Assembly (NCBI RefSeq): GCF_004010195.1
Contig: NC_057752.1
Location: 2,393,334 to 2,457,333, forward strand
Length of the DNA stretch: 64,000 nucleotides
Direction: 5' to 3'
Origin: Chiloscyllium plagiosum
Taxonomy: Eukaryota
Shown: in pieces, positions 36,291 through 49,590 of the stretch
Position numbering within the stretch: position 1 is the first letter of the stretch
Layout: every line of letters begins with the position of its first letter
Translations under genes and position numbers: made by a program
Notes under the pieces: model-generated
Told to the model about the DNA's origin: nothing
Databases searched by the model: none
Seen by the model: only the letters and a program-made list of their open reading frames with translations

Positions 36291-37364
36291 CTCCACCTCA
36301 TTATCCCTCTCACCTCTTTTAAAGACGTTCCTTATGATCTACCTCTTTGACTGTCCTTTTACCCAGCTGTCCCTACTACCTCTTGATTTTTCCATTGACT
36401 CAGTGTTAAATAGTGATTGTTAATCCCTCGGGTGAAGCCCTTTGGGATGTTCTGCCATACTCTGGGAGCTGTCAGTTGTTGCTGGAAGCTTGGTTTGAAT
36501 CCAGACCACACCAAAAGCAGGCAAGTGCACATTCACATCCAGCATTGCAAGCCTGTTGTGAACTATTCCATAGGAGTCTTTCCCCACATGCCAGGGAGTG
36601 CAAATCCACGCATGTTGGCATAATGTTGGCTGGCATTCCTCGTCTGAGGGGCCACGGATTTGGCTGGGGCAGTAAGTGGAAATATCACACGTGGATTCAG
36701 CAGAGACACTGAAGTACAGTAGAGAGAGCTTTACTCTGCTTCTCATCTGTGTCAGACCTGACCGCAGCTCTGTCAGTCTTCTGTTCCCTCACACTGAAAC
36801 CCCGCACCTGCATGGGTGCACAAATTCAATTCAGGTTAAAAAGAAACAGCAAGTGGTGCAAATCCAGCTGCTACCAGCAGGGGGTTAAAAACAAAACTTG
36901 TAAAATTCAATGAACACCTGAAAGCTTGACTGAAGCTATGTAAAAGTCATTAGCTCCAACTCATTTGCAGGCTGTGCTTTTAGTTTGGGTTCAGGCAGCA
37001 TTTAGGAAGTGGGAAAGTGAAACCTGGCTGTCCTTCTCATAGCTTGTGAACGCTGGATCGCTTGCTGTTTGGATATCTTTCCCAGCACATCAATTTAATT
37101 CACTTCACAATGTTTCTTGGGAACTTCATGCAGGCATTCTGGTGGGGCAAATTCTTGAGAAACATAGAAGCTGCAAGCTTACTGTCAATGAAACAGACAT
37201 ATTTCTGACATGACTTGCCTTTCTTTTACTACCTCCACTTTCGTTAGGTAATGCGTTATTCACACTGTAATGTGTGAGAGTCCTTACTGTACAATTGTGA
37301 CCACTAAACATCAAGGGCTTTGAAACTGCACTCTAACTTACACACTTAATGGTCAGGTTCTGGG

Positions 37365-37710
37365 GAGTGTTGCTGAGTTCACCAAAGATCCTCAGACAGC
37401 ACCTTCCAAACCCAAGGCCACTTCCATCTAGAAGGACAGGGGAAGCAGGTACTTGAGTACACCACCCCCTGCAAGTTCCCCTCCAAGCCATTCCCCATCC
37501 TGACTTGGAAATATATCGCCATTCCTTCACTGTTGCTGGGTCAAAATCCTGGAATTCCCTCCCTAAGGGCATTGTGGGTCACCCCAGATCAGGTGGACTG
37601 TAGTGGTTCAAGAAGGCAGCTCACCCCCACCTTCTCAAGGGGCAACTAGGAATGAGTAATAAATGCTGGGCCCAGCCAGTGACGCCCACATCCCATGAAC
37701 GAATAAAAGT
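37365..37710 (+). mobile_element. Second LINE family, 3' end
   Basis: SKSWNSLPKGIV; tail gggcaactagg...aataaatgctgggcccagccagtgacgcccacatcccatgaac. Confidence 0.85.
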
Positions 37711-38857
37711 ACAGGTTGGATGGGCACATTGGCACTAACCTCAGGATGTTGTAGATACCACTGTATTTTGCAAATAAATGGTTCAACATGCAGGTAACTC
37801 CACAAACATTCAAAGATGTAAATCGCACCTGAACTCAGCGCTCTAAATTCCTGCTTTGTTCTCCCTGCAAAGCTGTTGTCTGAAGGGAGTGTTAATGTGT
37901 GACTGACTCACCAATAAGTTCGAAACACCATCAGAAGCAACAATTGCACAGCGAATGGTACAATCCCATTGTCTGGCGCACTGTCTCCACACAAACCAAT
38001 GGCTTGTCATCCTTTACTGAGCTCAGTGGTGTGCGTTACGGTACCATTTTCACAGAGAAAAGGATCGAGTCACAAATAGAATTCCCTGTATGTTGATAAA
38101 ATATACTGGAAACGGAATTTGACTTGTTGTGTTCGCTTCAGGCACTGATGGGCCTAATTAGAAACAGAATGTGGTCCCCAGTACTCTCTGCTGAAAATCC
38201 CATTGAATTAAAAATGGAAGTTGACTACTCCACTCACGTGAAAACTATGACCCTGTTTGTCACAGATCTTGCTGCAGAATATTTCACCTGACAGCTCCTT
38301 GCAGCTTTCCTGTATTCAGGCAGAAGGTCCCTGTCCTTTACAATCCAAAAGGACACATCCTTACCTTGCACTTTTTCAGCTTGGGGTGGGGGAGGGGTGC
38401 TTGGCCATTTTGGCACTTTCCGTATGGCAAAGCCTTGACCAATCAGAGTCAACTTGCCAATTTAAGCAAATGCTTGGAACTTAACATTTCCCTAATGCAT
38501 TCTCCACAACAACACTACTCCCAATCAGAGTCTTCTTGTCAGCCAATCAGCACTCAGGCAGTGTAAAGCATTGGTCCCATTGGTTTTTGGCATTCTTGTG
38601 ATTCTGTCCTGATGGCTGCGGGAATAAAATCTTTGACAGCTCTTTATTTCAGCGGCGCGGGTGATCCACGTCACCCCTACATCCCACAAATTATATTTTT
38701 GGGCTTTTACACTGGTCATTCCCACTTGTAAAAGGAACAAGAACAAGAAGGCCATAGATTGAAAGTGATGTGCAAATGAAGCAAGGGTGAAGTGAGGAAA
38801 AATATATTCACCCAGTGGGTAGTTAGGTTCTGGATTGCACGGCCTGCAATACACTGA

Positions 38858-39485
38858 TTGGCTCAGTGGTTAGCACTGCTGCCTCACAGTGCCAGGGACT
38901 CAGGTTCGATTCCAGCCACGGGTGACTGCCTGTGTGTGGAGTTTGCACATTTTCCACGTGTCTGTATGGGTTTGCTCTAGTTTCCTCCCACAGTCGAGGG
39001 ATATGCAGGGTAGGGTGGATTGGCCATGCTAAATTGCCCCATAGTGCCCAGGGATGTGCAGGTTAGGGTGGATTGGCCATGCTAAATTGTCCCACAGTGC
39101 CCAGGGATGTGCAGGTTGGAGTGGATTGGCCATGCTAAATTGCCCCATAGTGCCCAGGGATGTGTAGGCTAGGGTGGATTGGCCATGCTAAATTGTCCCA
39201 TAGTGCCCAGGGATATGCAGGGTAGGGTGGATTGGCCATGATAAATTGCCCCATAGTGTCCAGGGATGTGCAGGTTAGGGTGGATTAGCCATGCTAAATT
39301 ATCCCATAGTGTCCAGGGATGTGCAGGTTAGGGTGGATTGGCCATGCTAACTTGTCCCATACTGTCCAGGGATGTGCGGATTAGGGTGGGTTAGCATTGG
39401 GGAATGTGGGGTTACAGGTGCAAGGTGGAGGATAGGTTGCTCTATGGTGGGCCAGTATGGGCTTCCTTCCTCACTGTAGGGATTC
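38858..39485 (+). mobile_element. HE1-type V-SINE with ~7.5 tandem 53-bp units
   Basis: tRNA head at 38860, V-domain, units starting 39005, 39058 ... 39376, then tail. Confidence 0.9.
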
Positions 39486-40574
39486 ATTGGAAATGTGGGG
39501 GTGGCAAGTTCAATTGAGGCATTCAAGAGGGGCATTGGATGGTTAGTTGGATGGGGATGAAGTGCAGGGATATGGGAGAAAGGTAGGATATCGGCACTCG
39601 GTTAATGATGCTTGTTTAAGAAGCTGGTATGATCGGCCAAATGGCTGCATTCTGTAATTTGCTGTGAGTTTGGTTGGGCACAGCAGTGGGCAGATTTCAC
39701 CCTGCCCCATTGAGTTAGAATGTAACTTCCCCTGTGCAGCATCAAGGTAAGTACCCAGGAAAGCAATCCAACTTGCGGTGTATCTGACAGCAGCAGCCAA
39801 CCGCCTTTACACTGGCTGTGACTCAGGCTTTATACCAACAGGCAAACCTGTTGAACACGACCATCAAAGTCAAGAGCATTGAACATAACCGAGAAGATTT
39901 GCAGGCAACACAGACTCTCTCATTCTTCTCTGAATCGGCAGCACACTCAATGTTGCGTCTTTCGTTCGGAAGTGCTATCATGGATGTCCTGACCTTGCCT
40001 GCGATGGCTTCAGACTGACGGATGAACTAATCTCTTTCAGTGCATGATGTGGCTGGAAAATTAATTTGTAAATGGGAACATAACACATTGAAAACTGCAT
40101 TACTCACGATTACAGCTGCTGGTGAGACTTCCAAATACCAAAGATGTTTGCAAGGCACTATTTAACACCCTTCAAAGCTCAAACACTGGAATTGAATTTT
40201 TCAATGTTTCTGGATAGTTATGAAGGACACTGCTGAAGCAAACAATGCTCACGATTCTGCACTCGACAGATGTGAACATATTAAACCATGTCTCTGCTCC
40301 CCCAGGGACTGTTTGCAGATGCATCTTCCCATTTTCGATATGCCTGATGGCAATGCATATTCTCAGCAGTTCAGACAAACCAACTAACGGGAATGCGCAG
40401 TGTGACCACAACAAGGAAGAAGAGATTGGAGACCAAAGTGTTCTGTGCTTATCACTGGTCCCACTCCAGTCTCTGGTCAGGTCTGAAGATAGGAGCAGGC
40501 AAAGGCTTTTCTGCCCCTTGTACGTCTTCTGCCATTCAATTGGATCATGAAAAGCAATTTGTCTCTCAATGCCT

Positions 40575-41220
40575 ATAGAGTCTCAGAGTCATAGAGTCAT
40601 ACAGCACGGAAACAGACCCTGCGGTCCAACTCGTCCATGCTGACCGATATCCTAAATTAATCTAGTCCCAGTTGTCAGCATTTGGCCCATATCCCTCTCA
40701 ACCCTTCCTATTCATATATTCATCCATCTGCCTTTTAAACGCTGTAATTGTACCAGCCTCCACCATTTCCTCTGGCAGCTCATTCCATACACACACCACC
40801 CTCTGCGTGAAAACATTGCCCCTCAGGTCCCTTTTACATTGTTCCCCTCTCAACCTAAACCTATGCCCTCTAGTTCTGGAGTCCCCCAACTCGTGGGAAA
40901 AAGATCTTCCCTATTTATTCTATCCATGCCCCTGATGATTTTATAAACCTCTATAAGGTCACCCCTCAGTCTCCGATGCTCCAGGGAGAACAGCCCCAGC
41001 CTATGCAGCCTCTCCCTATAGCTCAAACACTCCAACCATGGCAACATCTTTGTTAATCTTTTCTGAATCCTTTCAAGTTTAACAACATCCTTCCTATAGC
41101 AAGGAGACCAGAATTGCACGCAGTGGCCCAAAAGTGGCCTTACCAATGTCCTGTACAGCTGCAACATGACCTCCTAACTCCTGTACTCAATGCTCTGACC
41201 AATAAAGGCAAGCATACCAT
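40575..41220 (-). mobile_element. CR1 LINE 3' fragment
   Basis: ORF 40850..41167; (gactctat)n tail. Confidence 0.9.
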
Positions 41221-41267
41221 GCCCGATATTGCTCCTTTTTATAGCTTTCATCAGATGTGGGTGTCAC

Positions 41268-41945
41268 TGGAGCTGGTCATTGACTTCAGGAAGCAAGGAG
41301 TAGGGCACGCCCCAGTCTGCATCAGTGGAGTTGAGATGGAGAGGGTCGAGAGCATCAAGTTCCTGGGAGTGACGATCACCAACAATCTGTCCTGGTCCAC
41401 CCACGTTGATATGATGGTCAATAAAGCACAACAATGTCTCTACTCCCTCAGGAGGCTATGGAAATTCAGCATGTCCTTGAAGACTCTCCCCAACTTTTAC
41501 AGATGTACCACAGAAAGCATTCTGTCCGGATGGATCACGGCTTGGTACGGCAACTGCTCTGCCCAGGACAGTGAGAAACTACAGGGAGTTGTGAGCACAG
41601 CCCAGTCCATCACCCAAACCAACCTTCCATCCACTGGCTCCATCTACACTTCCCACTGCCTCGAGAAGGCAGCCAACATCATCAATGACCCCTCCCACCC
41701 TAGTTATCATCTCTTCCAAACAGAAGAAATGAAAGTTTAAACACACATACCAACAGAAGGACCTCTCAAATTTAATGTTGACTTCGCTCTTTCTGTACCT
41801 TCTCTGCAGCCATAACATTGTATTCCTCACTCTATTCTATTACCCTGATGCACTTTGTATGATATGATCTGCCTGTACTGCACGCAAAACAAAACTTTTC
41901 ACTGTACCTAGGTACATGTGACAATAATAAATCAACACAAATTAA
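41268..41945 (+). mobile_element. Rex1/Babar-clade LINE 3' fragment
   Basis: ELVIDFRK...VESIKFLGVTI.NNLSWSTH...KAQQCLYSLRRL...ESILSG.ITAWYG...DPSHP (DUF1891-type C-terminus); aataaatcaa tail. Confidence 0.85.
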
Positions 41946-41949
41946 AATT

Positions 41950-42255
41950 AATTGCCACTTAAACCAAGAGGCTTGCTCAACCATCTTAAACGGTGCATCA
42001 ACCTTATTGCTGTGGGTCTGGAGGTAAAGAGTCTGGAGTCACATGTAGGCCAGACCGGGTAAGGACGGCAGATTTCTTTCCCTAAAGGACATTAGTGAAC
42101 CAAATGGGATTTTACAACAATCGATGATTGTTATCATGGTTACCATCACCAACATGGTTGTGTACTGGCCTTACATTCCAGATTTATGTATTGCATTTAA
42201 ATTCCACCGGATACCTCGGTGGGATTTGAACCTATGTGCCTGGAGCATTAGCCAG
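41950..42255 (-). mobile_element. tRNA-derived SINE of the second-LINE system; its tail (41235-41270) is separated by the Rex1/Babar insertion
   Basis: Reverse complement of the body at 43640-43760; B box rc ggatttgaacc. Confidence 0.7.
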
Positions 42256-42554
42256 TCAGGTGAGAATGGGTGGAATTTTCCCATTTTCAGTTACCATGTT
42301 TATTTTGTGTGATTTATGGCTGGTTCTGCCTTGACTTGGAGCATGTTCTCTCTCTGAATCTCCCATTCTTCACCGCATTCGTTCTGCAAGCCGGGTCTTT
42401 CCCAGGGAATGGTGCAGTCAGAGAGGTGGAAGTAGTCATTCCTTCCAGAATCTTCTGTTTAAGGTCCGGCTTCCGAAGCTGCGAGCCAGGAACTGAGTCC
42501 CTTAACATTCGGCACAAGGCCCAGAGCAAAGGAAAGCTCGCTCTGTGCTTCATA

Positions 42555-42945
42555 TTCCCTCCACCACTGATGCTCAGTAGCAGCAGCGTGTGCTATCTAC
42601 AAGATGCCCTGCAGAAATTCACCAAAGATCCTCAGACAGCATCTTCCAAACTCACGCCCACTCCCACCTAGAAAGACAAGGGCAGCAGATACTTGGGAAC
42701 ACCACCCCCTGCAAGTTCTCCTCCAAACCACTCACCATCCTGATTTGGAAATATATCGCTGTTCCTTCACTGTCGCTGGGTCAAAATCCTGGAATTTTCT
42801 TCCTAAGGGCATTGTGGGTCTACATACAGGACATGAACTGCAGCGGTTCAGGAGGCAGTTCACCCCCACCTTCTCAAGGGGCAGCTAGGGACGGGGCAAT
42901 AAATGCTGGGCCCAGCCAGTGATTCTCATATCCCGTGAGTGAATT
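42555..42945 (+). mobile_element. Second LINE family, 3' end
   Basis: Same ORF end and tail as 37365-37710. Confidence 0.85.
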
Positions 42946-43504
42946 TAATAGATGCACCTCCCCCCAAAGCCAATGGACCCTTCCTGAGGCAGAGTGCTCA
43001 AAAATTAACACAACATTCCCACTCGGGACTAGACCAAAGCCCTGTGCACTAAATAAAACCCCAAATCGTTACAATCTCTATCAGCAACAGCACCTTGAGT
43101 TAAAATGGACTTGCTCCAGTTGCAAGGAATGGCTCCAAGCCGGCAATTGGCAGCTTGCCAACAAGCCTCATTGCATTAGCAAGAGACTGCATGTCCTTTC
43201 GGAAACAATTCCAAGCAATTAAGGGATTCCTGCAGAAACTGTCGGACAAGCTCACCATGGAGCATCGGAAAATTCAATTGCAATTTTCTTTCTTAAACTC
43301 CCACAGATGGGTCAAAGGGTCTGAATGCGTTCAGGCCGTATTTTGGCCCCCAGAGCTGCAGGAGACCGAATTGTTAGCTGTTTCATAAGGGGATGGTTCT
43401 GAAAGGGTTAACCTTGGAGATTGTATCAGTCGGAAGATTTTTGTTAATTCATGCATGGGGCGTGGGTGACACTGAACGAGCCTCCATCTTAAATGTTTGG
43501 TGCA

Positions 43505-43795
43505 GGGGAGGTGATGGCCGAGTGGTATTATCACTGGATTGTTAATGCTGGGACCCAAGTTCAAATCTGGCCATGGTAGATGGTGAAATTTTAATACCAG
43601 AAATATCTAGAATTAAGACTCTAATGGTGATGGTGAATCTATTGTTGGGGAAAACCCCATCTGCCTCACTGATGTCCTTTAGGGAAGGAAACTGCCGTCT
43701 TCACCTGGTCTGGCCTACATGTGACTTTAGACCCACAGCAATGTGGTTGACGCTTAAGTGGCCAGCGGTGCCCTCATCTTGTGAATAAATAAAGG
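43505..43795 (+). mobile_element. tRNA-derived SINE with tail of the second LINE family
   Basis: A box tggccgagtgg at 43515-43525; B box gttcaaatc at 43559-43567; tail gccagcggtgccctcatcttgtgaataaat. Confidence 0.8.
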
Positions 43796-44659
43796 AAAAC
43801 AAAAAGCACGGTGCTATTACAGAGGGAATTTCAGGATTTTGACCCAGCCACACTGAAGGAACGGCATTATATTTCCAAGTCAGGATATTTCAGAAGGGAT
43901 CTTGCAGGAGGGTGGTGTTTCCGTATGTTCGGTGCTGTCACACGGTCCACAGGGTGGAGAGGAGGCTTTCTGGATTCCAAATGGAGACAAATGTGTCTTT
44001 TCTGGTTCCTGTGGTCTTCATCGAGCCAAAGTAGTCCGATTAACTTGCACCCATCGCTGTCGTGCAACAAATGACATTAAATGTTGAGGCAAGTATCTGT
44101 TCTCATTAAGAGCCAATGATAGTCCAACCCCCTAATGCTGTCAATCAGACAGGACCACATAGTCAGCACAAGAAAGGTGCTCTGGTGGTGCAGTGATAGT
44201 GTCCCTAGCTCTGAGCCAGAAGTTCTGGGTCCATTCTCAGCTACCCCAGAGGAGTATCATGACATGTCTGGATGGCTTCCAGAATTTCTACAGCACAGAA
44301 GAAGGCCCATTCAGCCCCTTGTGTCTGCATTGATTCTATTCCCTTGTGCCAATCTCCTGCCTTTTCCCCATATCCCCGCACCGCATTTCTATCCAAGTTA
44401 CTGTCCAAAGCCCAAGGTAAGCCGGGTACTGACCTTGCTCTGAGTCTGAGCGAGTGTGATTGTTAACAAGTGACTAGCTCCCTGCTCCCACGTCTGTGAC
44501 ACTTCAGCCTGTCTGAGCTGTTTACAGAGCACACAACGAGTGTCACCATGACAAAAGCAGGAGTGATTTGTTCCTGCTATATTTTTATACCGTTACTCTA
44601 TTTACAAGTTATAAATAGGTCCCTCGAGATGTAGTGCATTCACCCCAGAAGGTGCGCAT

Positions 44660-46770
44660 TCATCAAGTCACATCAGTTGTCAGAAAAATCCTGAAAACTA
44701 TTATTATCAAAGTTTTAAGAATAGACTCCAAAAATTGTACTGTGACTGTACAAAGTCAGCTTGGTTTGATGAAAGGGAAAATGGCATTTGGCGAATTTGT
44801 TAAGAGGCTTTCTAACAAGGGTAAATGAAGAGGGGGGAATGTAGTTTACATGTATTTCCAAAAGGCATTCAATAAAACATGCCTCACAAAATGTTAACAC
44901 ACAAGACAAAGGATTGGGTAATGGGTAGGAAGCAGCAAATTGATTAAATGTGGCATTGTCAAATTAGTAATCTAAGATTACAAAGAGATCTTGATCAATT
45001 GGGTCAATGGGCTGAGGAGTGGCAGGTGGAGTTTAATTTGGATAAATGCGAGGTGTTGTATTTTGGTAAAACATACAAAGGCAAGACTTATATAATTAAA
45101 AGTAGGGCCTTGGGTTGTAGAACAGAAAGACCGAGGTACATAATTCTTTGACGTTTGTATCACGTTTGACAGGGTGGCTAAGAAGGCATTTACCACACTT
45201 GCCTTCATTACTTGGTATCGGAGTTGGGACGTCATGCTGAGGTTGTACAGGATGTTGGTGAGGCCTCTTCTGGGGTACTGTGTCCAGTTCTGGTCACCCA
45301 GTTATAGGAAGGATATTATTAAGCTAGAGAGGATTCAGAAGAGATTTACCAGGATGTTGCCGGGAATGAAGAGTTTGAGTTATAAGGAGAGGCTGGATAG
45401 GCTGGGACCTTTTTCCCTGGAGTGTTGGAGGTTAAGGGGTGACCTTATAGAGGTTTATAAAATCATGACGCTTATAGATAAAGTGAATGGCAGGTGTCTT
45501 TTCCCTAGGGTGGGGGATTTCAAGACAAGGGGACATATTTTTAAGGTGAGAGGAGAAAGATTTAAAAAAGACATGAGGGGCATTTTGTTTACACAGAGAG
45601 TGGTTCATGTGTGGAATGAACTTCCTGAGGAAGTGGTGGATGTGGGTACAGTTACAATGTTTAAAAGACATTTGGATAAATACATGAACAGGAAATTTTG
45701 GAAGGATATGGGCCAGGAGCAGGCAGGTGGGACTAGTTCAGTTTGGGATTATGTTCGGCATGGACTAGTTGGACCGAAAGGTCTGTTTCCGTGCTGTATG
45801 ACTCCATGACTCTCTGGTGGAGAGTGTGGCAAGGATCACTGCTGGGTTTTAGATACTTACAACCGATATGAAGAACTTTGATGAGGAGTCAGAAAGGAAT
45901 GTATCAAAGTTTGCTGATGGTGGAAAACTGGGTGGGAATGTAAGCTGGACACAGAAATGGCAAAGTGAGATCCAGTCAGGTGAAAGTGAGTGGGCAGCAA
46001 GGGAGTATAATGTGGGGAAATGTGAGGTTATTCAGTTTGTTTGTGAGAATGGAATAACAGAATATTTTTTAAAAGGCATGCAAGTTGTAAAAGAGGGACT
46101 TGTGCAAGGGCTACAAAGTTAGCAAGCAGGTGCAGCAAGCATTGAGGCAGGCTGGCCTTGATTATAGGGATCGGAGGAACAGAATAAAGGAGTTTAGCTA
46201 CACATGTAAAGGGCTTTGGTTATTGTGTGCGTGCCTTGGCTACTGTGCACAGTTTTAATCTCCATATTTAAGGAAGGATGTACTTATATCAGAGATGGTA
46301 AAGCAAAGGGTCACCAGATTGATCCCTGGGGTGAGTGGCTTATCCTTTGATGAGAGACCGAGTAAATCGGGGTGATATTCTCTGGAGTTTAGAAGAATGA
46401 GAGGAAATCTCATTGAGACAGACACAGTTCTGAAGGGTTTCTTGACAGGGGTCAATGCTGAGAGATTGTTTCCCCCTCTGACTGCAAGAAGGGTGGCACA
46501 GTCTGAGGATAAAAGGCTGATCATTTGGAACTGAGATTACTAGATATTGCTTCCCTTTGGGTGGGGGGAGTGAATCTTTGGAATTCTCTCCCCCAGCGGG
46601 CTGTGAATGATCACACATTGAATATATTTAAGGCTGGGGAGAGACAGCTTTTTGGTCTCTTGAGGAATAGTAGGCTATGGGGAGTGGAAGGGAAAATGGA
46701 GGCCAAGGTCAGCCATGATTATATGGAATGGGCGAGCAGGCTTGATGGGCCGAACGTCCCACCCTTCCTA
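44660..46770 (+). mobile_element. Old CR1 copy containing a younger CR1 3' fragment (~44965-45812)
   Basis: TSVVRKILKTII..QSQLGLMKGK; ORF 45174..45809; SKFADGGKLGG resumes after the insert. Confidence 0.85.
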
Positions 46771-48264
46771 TTTCTTCTCGCACTTTACATTCTTAAGCCA
46801 CTATCTAGTGGCAAAACAGTGAGCGGAATGGGATCCTAAATGTGCTCATTTTTAATTGTGAAGTCAACAAGAGCCCATAACATCCACTGAATGTGATGAC
46901 CTTAACTTTGCTTGCGCCTATCAGACACCACAGGGAGCGATTGCCGTTCCGGTGTGTGTGCTGGCTGGAGTTTGCTGTTGAGGGTTCAAGTGAAGTACAT
47001 CCAATCTTGCAGAATGACTTCTTCAAAGTGTTTTCTACTTTCAGGATTGGACAGGTATAAGATATCAGTGTGTTGCAGTTTTGATCTTTTCAACTCGATG
47101 GGGAGAATAGTTCTGCAGATCCAAGTAAGTCAGTATGCATTGGGATTCAGAGGAATGCTTAATCCCAAAGTAAGTATTGATAGCACCGTCATGAGTTGGT
47201 AAAGGCCAAACGTTATAGCAAACCTCAGAGCCATCACGAAACAAAGTCTACTTAGCCAGAGTCGACACAAACGCCAGTAAACTGAGCTCGCTACCGGGAC
47301 AACAGCAGCATTTTCCTGATTAAAAGCATCATTCTTCCTGAAGTGGAGAACAGTTGTATTCGACAAGATGTCACTCAGGAAACCAATCCTTGCTGCCTAA
47401 TGGACAGCAGAATGAACCAATCCTCTCCATTCCAGCCAGGATTGCGATGTCACTGTCTGTAACCTTCATTTGTTTTGTTTCCGTAGGGAAAGTTACCAAA
47501 GATTTCAACTCCCTGATCTATCTGGCCAACCCTTTCATGTGCTGGTTTCAAAGCTATTGGAAATGATTTCAAGAACTGGCTATTACGGCGGAAGATTCTA
47601 TCAATGAATGAACCCGTTTGTTGGTTCAACCTCTTCTCTGAGTAGTAAGCATGACTACTTGGTTGTAATTGCTGTCTCGGTGTAAAATTTGAATTGTCCA
47701 TGTAATCCTAAAGGCCTATTGTCTGGCCAGGACATGCTGTCCCAGGTTATTGTGCACACCAAAGCCCTCTTTCAGTTCAGTCAAGATCCAAGTCCGATTT
47801 TCTGGCCTGGGATGTCTTATCGTCGAGGAACTGAATAGAGACATCATCGCAGAAAAATGCCTCAATTCAAGAGATGTAACAAATGAAAGCTCTTGTCTTC
47901 CTACTTTCTCTCATCGCTTCCCCCCCACCCCCCAAAAGGCTCAGGGAGACACCAAAAGCATTGAGCCACAGCAAAAATGGACACTGACTTTCATCCTGCA
48001 CACCCACATCCTTAACTACCCCCCCACCCCTAGAAGACCCCTGTTCCCGATTGAACAATGCCTCAATTTTAAATTCTCAGCCGTGCTTTCAAACCCTTCC
48101 AGGGCCTCTCGACCCTCCCCTGATTTCAATTGGCCTGTAACGAGGTGACTGGGCCTTCAGCTGACAAAGCCCAAAGTCAGAGCTTCTCTGTCTGTCCACC
48201 TCTTCTCTCACAATATTCATTAAGAACTCACCTCTTTGACTAAGTGTTTGCAGCTGGTGCAAGT

Positions 48265-48545
48265 TGAATCCAGTGATTAAATCTGGATTATAAAAGAAAA
48301 GGCTCCTCTCAGTGATGGTGACCATGGCAAGTATCATCAATTGTCATAAAAATCTATCCGGTTCAGTAATATCCTTTCAAGAGGAAAATCCAACTGTCCT
48401 TACCTGGTCTGGCCTACACGTGACTCCAGACCCACAATAATATGGATGACTCTCAACTGCCCTCTGAAATGGCCTAGAAGGGCACTCGGCTCAAAGGGCA
48501 ATTTAAGATGGGCAACAAATGCTGGTGTTGGCAGCAATGCTCATG
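48265..48545 (+). mobile_element. SINE of the second-LINE system, head truncated
   Basis: ccttacctggtctggcctac..gtgactccagacccaca joined to aagggcaatt..gatgggcaacaaatgctgg tail. Confidence 0.75.
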
Positions 48546-48549
48546 GAGA

Positions 48550-49590
48550 AAATGGGGCAAACTCCTGGCAGGTGCAACACAACATGGTGAGATGGGAAGT
48601 TATACACATCAGTGTGAAAAACAGAAAGCCACAGTATTATTTAAATGGTGATCTACTGGGAAGTGTGGGTGTACAGAGAGATCTGGGTATCCTTGTGCAG
48701 CAGACAATTAAAATAGAAAGGCAGCTGCAGTCAGCAATTAAAAATGTAAATAGTATATTGGCCTTCATTGCAAGAGGATTTGAGTTCAGACGTAAGGATG
48801 TCTTACTGCAGTTATGCAGGGCCTTAGTGAGACTACACACGGGTCATTAGTTTGGGGCTCCCTACCTACGAAAGGATATCCTTGCCATAAAGGGAGTGCA
48901 TTGGAGAACCACTAGGCTGGTACCGCGGATGGCAGGACTGACCTATGAGGAGAGATTGGTTTGACTGGGCCTATATTCGCTAGAGTTTAGAAGGATGAGA
49001 GGGGTTCTGATTGAAATGTGTAAAATTCTAACAGAATCTGGAAAGACCAGATGGAATGAGGATGTTTCTCCTCCTTAGGGAGTCTAGAACCAGGGTCATA
49101 GTGTCAGGAAACAGTGTAGCCCTTTAGGACGGAGGTGAGGAAACATTTCTTCACTCAGAGGGTTTTCACCATGTGAAATTCTCTAACAAAAGGCTGTGGA
49201 AGCCAAGTCACTGAATATATTCAGGAACGAGGTAGATACATTTTTAGATTTTAAAGACATCAAGGGGTATGGGGAGAAAGTGGGAATGTGGTATGGAGAT
49301 ACAGGATCAGTCATTAATCCTGTTGAATGGTGGAACAGACTTGAGGGGCAGAATAGATTAGAGTGATGCTGGAAAAGCACAGCAGGTCAGGCAGCATCCG
49401 AGGAGCAGGAAAATCGATGTTTCGGGCAAAAATCCCGAAACATTGATTTTCCTGCTGCTCGGATGCTGCCTGACCTGCTGTGCTTTTCCAGCACCACTCT
49501 CATCTTGACTCTAACCTTCAGCATCTGTAGTACCCACCTCCGCCTAGTTGAGGGGCAGCATAGCCAACTCCTGCTGTTCATTTCTATGTT
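48550..49590 (+). mobile_element. CR1 LINE 3' fragment with a PLE derivative in its 3' UTR
   Basis: ORF 48446..48850 carries VQRDLGILV..LAFIARG. Confidence 0.85.
49357..49547. mobile_element. Palindromic PLE derivative with 16-bp TSD
   Basis: 70-bp arms 49357-49426 and 49434-49503; TSD ttgaggggcag(a/c)atag at 49341-49356 and 49548-49563. Confidence 0.85.

Noticed and set aside
41114..41740. 208-aa ORF as a host gene
   Set aside because: Chimera of antisense CR1 sequence and the Rex1/Babar ORF2 C-terminus.
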